NCBI GenBank assembly: GCA_963650165.1
Contig: CAVJKX010000008.1
Coordinates: forward strand, 1,302-65,301
Length of the DNA: 64,000 bases
Direction: 5' to 3'
Source: a bacterium
GTDB taxonomy: Bacteria; Bacillota; Clostridia; Oscillospirales; Oscillospiraceae
Below are positions 35,948 to 43,991 of this stretch, one piece after another (within the stretch, counting starts at the first letter, position 1; every line of letters begins with the position of its first letter). Made by a program: the position numbers and the translations under genes. The notes beneath the pieces were generated by a model. It was not told the origin of the DNA. It saw only the letters and a program-made list of their open reading frames with translations, and did not search any database.

Positions 35948-36919
35948 ATGAACAATGATATTATAAAAATAAAAAGCAGAGGCAGCTTCCACGTCGGCGG
36001 CGAGAAGGTGGAGCTCAAAAACGTCCCCGTTGAAGACTTCCCGTATATGGGCGGCAAGTTCACCTTCCATTCCGATCCCAACGGCACACACTGGGTAAAG
36101 CAGATGTATGTTCAATACACCGAGCTTGCCGAACCGGTCTCGCCCTATCCCGTTCTCATGTGGCACGGCGGCGGTCTGACCGGCGTTACCTACGAAACCA
36201 CGCCCGACGGACGCGAGGGCTGGGATACGCTGTTCCTTCGCAGCGGCTACAGCGTCTATGTTTCCGACGCCGTCGAGCGCGGCCGTGCAAGCTGGGCAAA
36301 GTTCCCCGAGATAAATCCGACGCCGCCCATATTCCATACCTATGAGGCCAGATGGCTGAACCTCAAAATGGGCGAAACATACCCCGTGCCGTATGAGGGT
36401 CAGAGATTTCCCGTCGACTGCTATGATCAGCTCATGATGCAGAGCGTGCCGAGATGGCTGACATCGGACGAATGGACGACGGATGCCTATATGAAGTATC
36501 TGGAGCGGCTTCAAAAAACCGTCCCCGGAGTTGTAATAGTGGTTCACAGTCAGGGCAGCCTGTATGCCCTCAGAGCGGCACAGCGTTTTCCTGATTTCGT
36601 AAAGGGCATTGTTTTTGTCGAAAATATCGGCCTGCCGAATGCCGATGACGACATAAGCTGCTTTAAGAAAATACCCGCTATGTATCTCTACGGCGACTTT
36701 ATGAGTGAGGAATACAAGGTCGTCCATCCCTGGGTGAATGCCGTAAGAGCCAACGAGGAGCGCTACATGCGCCAGCTTGATGAGATAGGTGCCGATTACA
36801 CATGGCTTCGTCTGCCCGATATCGGCATCAAGGGCAATTCACACATGCTGATGATGGATAACAACAACGATCAGATCGCGGATATTATCTGCGGCTGGAT
36901 AAAAGATCATGTGAAATAA
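35948..36919 (+). CDS. alpha/beta-hydrolase (esterase-like)
   Basis: VVIVVHSQGSLYAL nucleophile-elbow-like motif and a late GNSHMLMMD His motif. No signal peptide. Confidence 0.6.
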   Translation: MNNDIIKIKSRGSFHVGGEKVELKNVPVEDFPYMGGKFTFHSDPNGTHWVKQMYVQYTELAEPVSPYPVLMWHGGGLTGVTYETTPDGREGWDTLFLRSGYSVYVSDAVERGRASWAKFPEINPTPPIFHTYEARWLNLKMGETYPVPYEGQRFPVDCYDQLMMQSVPRWLTSDEWTTDAYMKYLERLQKTVPGVVIVVHSQGSLYALRAAQRFPDFVKGIVFVENIGLPNADDDISCFKKIPAMYLYGDFMSEEYKVVHPWVNAVRANEERYMRQLDEIGADYTWLRLPDIGIKGNSHMLMMDNNNDQIADIICGWIKDHVK

Positions 36920-37002
36920 TCAGAAAAGCGGCCTCCGGTCCGAGATATCAGCGCCGGACGCAATTCGAGGCGGCTTAGAGCAAAATCATTAAATAATATT
37001 CA

Positions 37003-37035
37003 AACAGGCCGAAGGAGCAGCTCCTTCGGCCTGTT
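37003..37035 (+). terminator. terminator hairpin after the hydrolase gene
   Basis: AACAGGCCGAAGGAG-cag-CTCCTTCGGCCTGTT; weak T tail. Confidence 0.55.
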
Positions 37036-37318
37036 CTGTATTCCCTTGCGGCAAGTGCGGATTTTTGCTTATGGATTATTATGCTGTAATCTGGTTAAGA
37101 GCTGTTATGAACCGATAAAAAAGCAGCTTCAAAGCAGGCGGAAAGCTGCACAGGATACATTGCTGACCGTTGCGCAAGCGGGATTATTGCAGATACCCCT
37201 CCCTGGCCTTCACTCCGAAATGGGCTTCCAACGGCGCTGTCCCTGCCGATTCCGGAAGTGTCCGTAAATACAAGAAAAGGCGTAGTCGTCAACTACGTCC
37301 CCTGTGAACTCGCTGTAT

Positions 37319-37366
37319 AAAAAAGCGAGTGTTCTTACAGCCTTTCAAATGCTATAAGAACACTCG
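37319..37366 (-). terminator. terminator downstream of tRNA-Leu
   Basis: 12-bp stem CGAGTGTTCTTA / TAAGAACACTCG followed by T6 on the minus strand. Confidence 0.65.
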
Positions 37367-37369
37367 ATA

Positions 37370-37457
37370 TGGTGCGCGAGGCGGGACTTGAACCCGCACG
37401 CCCGGAGTGAGCACTAGAACCTGAATCTAGCGAGTCTGCCAATTCCACCACTCGCGC
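37370..37457 (-). tRNA. tRNA-Leu (anticodon CAG), type II with long variable arm, CCA encoded
   Basis: Minus strand GCGCGAGTGGTGGAATTGGCAGAC...CTAGA-TTCAGGT-TCTAG...GGTTCAAGTCCCGCCTCGCGCACCA. 7-bp acceptor stem, anticodon loop TTCAGGT, T-loop GGTTCAAGTCC. Confidence 0.9.
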
Positions 37458-37579
37458 ATTTGCCTGATAATAATAGCATTCCTCATCGGCCTTGTCAAGA
37501 AAATTATTTTTTCAACTACTATGTTATTTCCTGCGCAAAGATGATATAATCACGGTATAAATATCAGGAGGTCTGACCT

Positions 37580-38443
37580 ATGGACGGAAAACAGCTTAAG
37601 GAGCAGTCAAAAAACCTTATCAGAACTGCCGATCCCAAACCCGTCGTCACCGCGATCATATACATCCTCATTCTCGCGGTGCTCAGCTTCCTTTCGTACA
37701 AGATCGCCGGCGACTCTGCCTTCAGGCTTCAGAAGGTCTTTGAGGACTTCGGCTTCAACTACGACGTGAGCATAAACGACGATACCTACGATTATGATTA
37801 CGACCTCAGCGACGAGGATGCCGAGCAGCTTATCTACGCCATACAGGAGGCCATGCCTACGCCGACCGCGGTGCTGCTCGATCTTGCCATCCAGATAGTG
37901 ACGATCGTCCTCGGCGGCGGCTTTGCGATATTCTGCCTGCGGACGGTCCGCGGCATGGAGGCCAGCTACTGGAACATTTTCGATGCCTTCGGCATGTTCT
38001 TCCGCGTACTGTGGCTGTACATTCTCGAGAGCATATTCATCTTCCTGTGGTCCCTGCTGCTCATATTCCCGGGCTTCATCGCGTTCTACCGCTACCGTCA
38101 GGCGCTGTACCTGCTGCTTGAGCACCCGGAGATGAGCGCACTGCAATGCATAACGGAGAGCAAGCGCATCATGAAGGGACACAAGGGCGAGCTCTTCGTC
38201 ATGGACCTGAGCTTCATCGGCTGGGGCGTGCTCGTCGGCCTTGCATCCTACCTCGGCTACACTCTCGCCGACGCGATGTCACCCTCTGTAATTGCGGACA
38301 TACTCAACACCGTCGGTCTGGGCATCCTCGTCCAGTTCTACGTCATGCCGTACATGGATCTGACCTACGCAGGCTACTATATCGAGCTCACCAAGCCCGC
38401 TCCCGACGAAGCCTTTGCCGACGGCTGGACACCGGAGCTGTAA
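37580..38443 (+). CDS. DUF975-family membrane protein
   Basis: 287 aa with a topology and N-terminus (QLKEQSKNLIR...) typical of DUF975 as I recall it. AGGAGG RBS. Confidence 0.65.
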   Translation: MDGKQLKEQSKNLIRTADPKPVVTAIIYILILAVLSFLSYKIAGDSAFRLQKVFEDFGFNYDVSINDDTYDYDYDLSDEDAEQLIYAIQEAMPTPTAVLLDLAIQIVTIVLGGGFAIFCLRTVRGMEASYWNIFDAFGMFFRVLWLYILESIFIFLWSLLLIFPGFIAFYRYRQALYLLLEHPEMSALQCITESKRIMKGHKGELFVMDLSFIGWGVLVGLASYLGYTLADAMSPSVIADILNTVGLGILVQFYVMPYMDLTYAGYYIELTKPAPDEAFADGWTPEL

Positions 38444-38452
38444 GGAGAAAAC

Positions 38453-40063
38453 ATGAAGATCACATTCCTGGGCGCTGCCCACGAGGTCACGGGAAGCTGC
38501 ACGCTTCTCGAGGTCGGAGACAAGAGAGGTCTTATCGACTGCGGCATGGAACAGGGCAAGGATCTTTTTGAAAATCAGAAGCTGCCGGTCGCGGCTGCGG
38601 CGCTCGACTTCGTGCTGGTTACGCATGCGCACATAGACCACTCGGGACTTCTGCCGCTGCTGTACAAAAGCGGCTTCCGCGGCGCGGTGTACGCGACGGG
38701 CGCGACCTGCTCGCTGCTGGATATCATGCTGCGCGACTGTGCGCACATCCAGATGTCCGAGGCCGAGTGGAAATCGCGCAAGGCGATGCGCCGCGGCGAG
38801 GGGCCGGTCGAGCCCCTGTACGACCTTGAGGACGTTGCGGGGCTCCTGAAGCTGCTGCGCCCCTGCGATTACGGCAGCATGATACAGGTAAACGAGGCCG
38901 TGACCGTTCGCTTTACCGACGTCGGGCACCTGCTGGGCTCGGCGGCAATCGAGATATGGCTCAAGGAGGCCGGACACGAGAAAAAGATCGTCTTTTCCGG
39001 CGATATCGGCAACCTCGATCAGCCCATACTCTGCGACCCGAAGCACATCGATAAGACCGATTACCTCGTCATCGAATCCACCTACGGCGACCGGAACCAC
39101 TCCGACGGACGGCCGGACTATATCGCCGCGCTTTCCGACTGCATCCAGCGCACGCTCGACCGCGGCGGCAACGTCATAATCCCCGCCTTTGCCGTCGGCA
39201 GAACGCAGGAGATGCTGTATTTCATCCGCGAGATCAAAAACCGCGGCCTCGTAAAGGGGCACGACAACTTCCCCGTTTACGTTGACAGCCCTCTCGCCGT
39301 CGAGGCAACGGGTATCTTCTTGCAATGCGACACGAGCTATGTCGACGAGGAGATGCGCGCCATCATCCGCTCGGGCGAAAATCCCCTGCTGTTCCCCGGA
39401 CTGCACACGGCCGTCAGCCAGGCCGAGTCCAAGGCGATAAACGAGGATAAGGAGCCCAAGGTCATCATCTCCGCGTCCGGCATGTGCGACGCGGGCCGCG
39501 TGCGCCACCACCTCAAGCACAATCTATGGCGGCCCGAGTGCCTTGTGCTGTTCGTCGGCTACCAGGCGGCCGGAACGCTCGGCCGTGCGCTGCACGACGG
39601 TGCGAAGGAGGTAAAGCTCTTTAACGAGCAGATCGAGGTCAGGGCCGAGATCGCCGCCCTGCCGGGGGTCAGCGGGCACGCCGACAAGCGCGGGCTCATC
39701 GCGTGGCTCGAGGGCTTTTCCGAAAAGCCGGAGCTCGTGTTCGTAAACCACGGCGACCCCGAGAGCGCCGACAGCTTCACCGCCTGCCTCAACAACGAGC
39801 TGGGCTACCGCGCCTTCGCGCCGTACAGCGGCACGGAGTTCGACCTCGCAGAGGGGCGCTTTACCGTCATAACCGAGGGCAAGCCTGTCGTCCGTGCGCA
39901 GAAGGCTCCTGCCGAGCGCAGGACAAACCCCGTGTTCACCGAGCTCGTGCAGGCGGCGGAAGCGCTCTTGCAGGCCGCACGCGGCTGCGAGGGACGCCCG
40001 AACCGCGAGCTGCGCGCCTTCACTGCCCTGATCCGCACGCTGTCGGAGAAAATGAAACGATAA
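38453..40063 (+). CDS. MBL-fold beta-CASP hydrolase (RNA-metabolising metallo-beta-lactamase family)
   Basis: VLVTHAHIDHSGLLP (HxHxDH), ESTYGDR, HADKRGL-type beta-CASP motifs. 536 aa. Confidence 0.8.
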   Translation: MKITFLGAAHEVTGSCTLLEVGDKRGLIDCGMEQGKDLFENQKLPVAAAALDFVLVTHAHIDHSGLLPLLYKSGFRGAVYATGATCSLLDIMLRDCAHIQMSEAEWKSRKAMRRGEGPVEPLYDLEDVAGLLKLLRPCDYGSMIQVNEAVTVRFTDVGHLLGSAAIEIWLKEAGHEKKIVFSGDIGNLDQPILCDPKHIDKTDYLVIESTYGDRNHSDGRPDYIAALSDCIQRTLDRGGNVIIPAFAVGRTQEMLYFIREIKNRGLVKGHDNFPVYVDSPLAVEATGIFLQCDTSYVDEEMRAIIRSGENPLLFPGLHTAVSQAESKAINEDKEPKVIISASGMCDAGRVRHHLKHNLWRPECLVLFVGYQAAGTLGRALHDGAKEVKLFNEQIEVRAEIAALPGVSGHADKRGLIAWLEGFSEKPELVFVNHGDPESADSFTACLNNELGYRAFAPYSGTEFDLAEGRFTVITEGKPVVRAQKAPAERRTNPVFTELVQAAEALLQAARGCEGRPNRELRAFTALIRTLSEKMKR

Positions 40064-40085
40064 AGAACGTCAAGGGAGAAGCCGC

Positions 40086-40550
40086 ATGAGCATATGCACA
40101 TTTATTGCGTCCGACCTTCCTTTAAAGGAGGCAGCGCCGGTCTGCGATTATCCGCTTGAGATAAGCATTGAAAGAGGCGCAGCTACAGTGCTTGACGGCG
40201 GCGCGGACGACAACTATTTCCTGCTCCCGTTTACGGAGGTGTGGGAATACAGCGGCAAAAGGAATGCCGTCAGGCTGGAGTGGAACTGCTATACTGAGGG
40301 CAGGGCATGGCGGATTATCGAATATATAAAAAACGCCCTTAGAAACACGGACTTAGTGGAGCTTTGGCATGTTTGGCTGGGGGCGGGCGATGAATTTGAG
40401 GACCGGCCCGTAATTCATAGGTATGCAGTCTCCGCCGGAGAGCTTACTCCGAAGCACATCAGAAAAATTGACGAGGCGGAGATCTGGAACACTCCCGATA
40501 AAAGATACCCGAACAGACCGTCGTTCTACTGCATGGAAATAAGACGATAA
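40086..40550 (+). CDS. hypothetical cytoplasmic protein (154 aa)
   Basis: ORF with a GGGAGAAG RBS; no family recognised. Confidence 0.55.
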   Translation: MSICTFIASDLPLKEAAPVCDYPLEISIERGAATVLDGGADDNYFLLPFTEVWEYSGKRNAVRLEWNCYTEGRAWRIIEYIKNALRNTDLVELWHVWLGAGDEFEDRPVIHRYAVSAGELTPKHIRKIDEAEIWNTPDKRYPNRPSFYCMEIRR

Positions 40551-40602
40551 GTTCAAAAGCACTGCTTTTCTTGCATGACAGGGTAAAATCATGCAATTAT
40601 TC

Positions 40603-40631
40603 TTGCGCACTTTTATGCAAATGCCTATAAT
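40603..40631 (+). promoter_or_regulatory. candidate sigma-A promoter
   Basis: TTGCGC (40603-40608), 17-nt spacer, TATAAT (40626-40631), upstream of the 40737 gene. Confidence 0.45.
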
Positions 40632-40736
40632 CTTGTCATTCGAGGCGCTATTGTAGGTTGAATTCTATAAAATGCGGCACTATGATGTGGTCAATAAAAA
40701 GACAGTCCCACCCTGCGGGACGGAAAGGATCACATC

Positions 40737-41255
40737 ATGAAAACAAAGACTTCAAACAACACCGTTTATGTTATAACCGCAATTCTTTCGGTTATCGTGC
40801 TGCTCCTCGCGGCAGTCGGCTTCACGAGCGTTGAGACGCAGAAGGTCGAGCGCATAACCGCCGACACGAACCTCTTAAAGCACGCCGACAGCGCCGGCAG
40901 CCTTGCGACCTCCATGGGTCTTGCAAACACCGTTTACCCCGTGAGCGTACAGACCGCCGACGACAGCGACGACGATCTCGTCCGCATGGCCGAAAGCCTC
41001 AGGCCCGTCGCCGAGTTCAACTCCGACGCATCCGTCCTTGACCGCGACGTGGCCTACCTTCTCAATAACGGCACCGCCGCTTACGGCGCGACCTACGGCG
41101 AGATATGCACCGCCGCAAGCGTCTCGAGCCAGGCGGACATAGACTCGGCAAACCACGACGCAGCCGTCTGGACGGCAGTGTGCGCGGTCCTCGCCCTCGC
41201 AGCCGTCGCGGGACTGGTCGTCTCGGTCACGAAGATCGAGTACAAGGCCCGCTGA
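40737..41255 (+). CDS. hypothetical bitopic membrane protein (172 aa)
   Basis: N-terminal TM (VYVITAILSVIVLLLAAVGF) and C-terminal TM (AVWTAVCAVLALAAVAGLVV). No family recognised. Confidence 0.6.
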   Translation: MKTKTSNNTVYVITAILSVIVLLLAAVGFTSVETQKVERITADTNLLKHADSAGSLATSMGLANTVYPVSVQTADDSDDDLVRMAESLRPVAEFNSDASVLDRDVAYLLNNGTAAYGATYGEICTAASVSSQADIDSANHDAAVWTAVCAVLALAAVAGLVVSVTKIEYKAR

Positions 41256-41462
41256 TAACAAGCTTCTCCTTCTAATTTTTACTCCATATTTACTCCCTAA
41301 GAAAAAGGCGCGGCCGTCGGCCGCGTCTTTTTCAGTCTGAAAAAGACTGATTTGTACACATTAAAAAAAGCAGTTGCGTTTTGAGGGCTTATAATGTAGA
41401 ATGACCATGTACTTTGCGTTCAATTTATCAAAGTTTTGTATCAAACACGAAAGGATGACCCT

Positions 41463-42320
41463 ATGAACGGATTTGTAAGCAGGCTGTGCGACCTCGACGG
41501 CGTTTCGGTCCCTGCCGAAATGCTGGAGCTCAAGGTCGATGCACGGCATATCGAAAGTGAGATAGAGGCTCTTTCCCTGCGCTGCGCGAAGGAGAGCGCC
41601 GTGGACCTGGCCGAGGCCGGCGACATTGTCCGCTGCTCGGCGGATAAGGAGCGCTATCCCGACGGACGGACGATACTTATATTTACCGGCACCGAGCTGC
41701 CCGGCGCACAGGAGGCCGCGGCGGCCGCGATCGGAAAGCGCAAGGGCGATGTTTTCACGGCGGAGCTTGCCGGAAGGGCGGTTCATCTGCGCGTTCAGAC
41801 CGTTACACGCCGCACACCCGTCAAGGTGAACGACGCGCTCATAGCGTCGCTGGGCATAGAGGGCGTCGACAGCGTCGAGAGCTACCGCGCCTATCTGACC
41901 GCGAAGGCAGAGGGCGAGCAGAAGCTCGAGCGCAGCAAGGCGATCATGCGCTATCTCATGGATGCGCTCGTAAACGGAAGCGAGTACAGCTACGACGAGG
42001 GCGAGATGCAGGCCTATGTCGAAAAGACCAAGGCCGAGCGGCCGCAGCCCGAGGGCATCAGCGAGGAGACGGTGGTCGAGTCGATCGTATATCAGTGCAA
42101 ACAGATGTGGGTCGCCGAGGCGTTCTGCCGCAAGCAGGGTATCGAGACCGGTCAGGCCGAGGTCGAGCAGATGGCCGACCAGTTTGCCGAGATGATGCAG
42201 CTCATGGGCGAGCCCGTTCCCGAGCGCGGCGAGCTTCTGGAGATGGCGCGCGGCGAGCTGTGCCTCACGCCGCTGTTCGAGCACATAAGCCGTCTGATCG
42301 AGCAGAAGTTTGGAGGTTAA
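41463..42320 (+). CDS. hypothetical protein (possibly trigger-factor C-terminal-domain-like)
   Basis: ATG at 41463 with an AAAGGA RBS. Helical, acidic C-terminal half. The family assignment is a weak impression only. Confidence 0.5.
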   Translation: MNGFVSRLCDLDGVSVPAEMLELKVDARHIESEIEALSLRCAKESAVDLAEAGDIVRCSADKERYPDGRTILIFTGTELPGAQEAAAAAIGKRKGDVFTAELAGRAVHLRVQTVTRRTPVKVNDALIASLGIEGVDSVESYRAYLTAKAEGEQKLERSKAIMRYLMDALVNGSEYSYDEGEMQAYVEKTKAERPQPEGISEETVVESIVYQCKQMWVAEAFCRKQGIETGQAEVEQMADQFAEMMQLMGEPVPERGELLEMARGELCLTPLFEHISRLIEQKFGG

Positions 42321-42322
42321 AC

Positions 42323-42637
42323 ATGGTTAAAGAGCTCATAGAACAACAGTGGAAGGAATTTTCACAGGCCGAATACGCGGTCATCGACTGCTACGGCGAA
42401 AACTGCTTTGCCTGCGTCATGCTCGCACCGGTGTACGACGCCGTCGCCGACGAGCTGTCGGGCATTTCCTTCGGCAGAGTCAATATAACGTTCAACCCCG
42501 ATATAGCCGACACGCACGGCATCGACGCGATGCCGACGCTGCTGTATTTCCGCCGCGGCGAGCTTATCGACCGCACGGTCGGCAGCATTGACCGCGCCGA
42601 GCTGCTTGAGCATATATCAAAGCTGCTGTACGAATAA
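42323..42637 (+). CDS. thioredoxin-fold protein (CFAC active site)
   Basis: 104 aa: VIDCYGENCFACVMLAPVYD ... AMPTLLYFRRGE (cis-Pro loop). GGAGG RBS. It is the downstream part of track ORF 42095..42637. Confidence 0.8.
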   Translation: MVKELIEQQWKEFSQAEYAVIDCYGENCFACVMLAPVYDAVADELSGISFGRVNITFNPDIADTHGIDAMPTLLYFRRGELIDRTVGSIDRAELLEHISKLLYE

Positions 42638-42653
42638 GGAAAGCGTGATACAT

Positions 42654-42854
42654 ATGGGAAAGATAAGACTCAACGACGACCCCGCGGTCGTTGCGAAGAT
42701 AAAGGCCGGGCTGAAGGAAACCGGCGGCTACTGTCCCTGCCGCAGGGAGATAAAGCCCGAATACAAATGCATTTGCGAGGAATTCCGGCAGCAGATGCAG
42801 GACCCCGATTTTGAGGGCTACTGCCACTGCCTGCTGTATTACAAAGAAAAATAA
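42654..42854 (+). CDS. ferredoxin-thioredoxin reductase catalytic-subunit-like protein (66 aa)
   Basis: GGYCPCRRE...YKCICEEF...GYCHCLLY reproduces the CPC / CxC / CHC cysteine pattern of FTR catalytic chains. Confidence 0.7.
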   Translation: MGKIRLNDDPAVVAKIKAGLKETGGYCPCRREIKPEYKCICEEFRQQMQDPDFEGYCHCLLYYKEK

Positions 42855-42869
42855 AGGAGACGACCAAAG

Positions 42870-43925
42870 ATGAAAAAACTCGTATCCGTGCTGCTGGCGG
42901 CTGTTCTTGTGTTCAGCCTTGCCGGATGCAGCCTCTTCAGCAAGGCCGACGTGGTCAAGCTCGGCGACTATTCGCACACAGACCCGAGCGGTCTGACCTT
43001 TGATACCCGCACGGTTCTTAAAAACGACAGCTTCGGCGACACGCTTTCGGAGTACGCAAGCAGCGACGCCTATCCCGACACCGTGATGTACGACGAAAGC
43101 GGCAGCCCCATCGGCATGTACGACTATGACGCATCGACCGGCCTTGCAAAGGGCTGGATAAACGTCAGCACCGGCGAATACACCGCATACGCCGAGGGCG
43201 AGGAGGTCGATCTCGGTCTGCCCGACGAGTCGAAGCTGGTCACCATCCCCGGAACCGTCACCCTCTACTTCGTCGTTTACTCCAATGAGGGCACCGCTGT
43301 CGAGTGCGACGCATACCTCATGCTCAGCGACGCGAGCGCAAAGGACACCGTTCTCAACACCATGTCCTCAACCTTCGGCATGCCGTACACCGCCGAGAGC
43401 GACACCGTTCTCAAATACACCGCCGAGGCCGACCAGATAGCCGCCGAGTGCGAGAGCATGGGCCTTTCCGGCGACTCGGGCTATATCACCTATCTCCAGC
43501 AGAGCTACGGCGTGCGCGCCGACTCCGGCGAGAACCCCTACAAGCCCTACGCCGAGCACAAGGATCCCACCGACATCGAGTATGACGAGAAGGTCGTCCT
43601 CACCGGCAGCGGCCAGGCGGCAGTGGACGCCGACGAGAGCGACTGCATCTCCTCGCTGAGCACCTTCCTCTACGGCAAGGACGGCGACATGGTCGCGGCC
43701 TACACCTATTACGAGTGCCCCTCCAAGGAGGCGGCCGACAAGCTCGCCGAGAGCACCAGCGGCGAGGTCCGCGTTTCCGACACCGTGCTCATGGTGTCCT
43801 ACACGGGCGATGCGCTCAGCGCATCGATCGACAGCTACATCTCCATGAGCCTGCTGAAGGATCACTCCGTGGCGGAATACACCCGTCTGATCGAGGAGAC
43901 CTTCCTCTCGACCGTTTACGAATAA
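42870..43925 (+). CDS. lipoprotein, unknown function (351 aa)
   Basis: MKKLVSVLLAAVLVFSLAGCS contains a lipobox (LAGC). AAAGGAG RBS. Confidence 0.75.
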   Translation: MKKLVSVLLAAVLVFSLAGCSLFSKADVVKLGDYSHTDPSGLTFDTRTVLKNDSFGDTLSEYASSDAYPDTVMYDESGSPIGMYDYDASTGLAKGWINVSTGEYTAYAEGEEVDLGLPDESKLVTIPGTVTLYFVVYSNEGTAVECDAYLMLSDASAKDTVLNTMSSTFGMPYTAESDTVLKYTAEADQIAAECESMGLSGDSGYITYLQQSYGVRADSGENPYKPYAEHKDPTDIEYDEKVVLTGSGQAAVDADESDCISSLSTFLYGKDGDMVAAYTYYECPSKEAADKLAESTSGEVRVSDTVLMVSYTGDALSASIDSYISMSLLKDHSVAEYTRLIEETFLSTVYE

Positions 43926-43991
43926 TTGCAATAACGAACGGCGGATGCCATAAAACGTGGCATCCGCTTTTTCAATTAACAGGAGTTCAGT

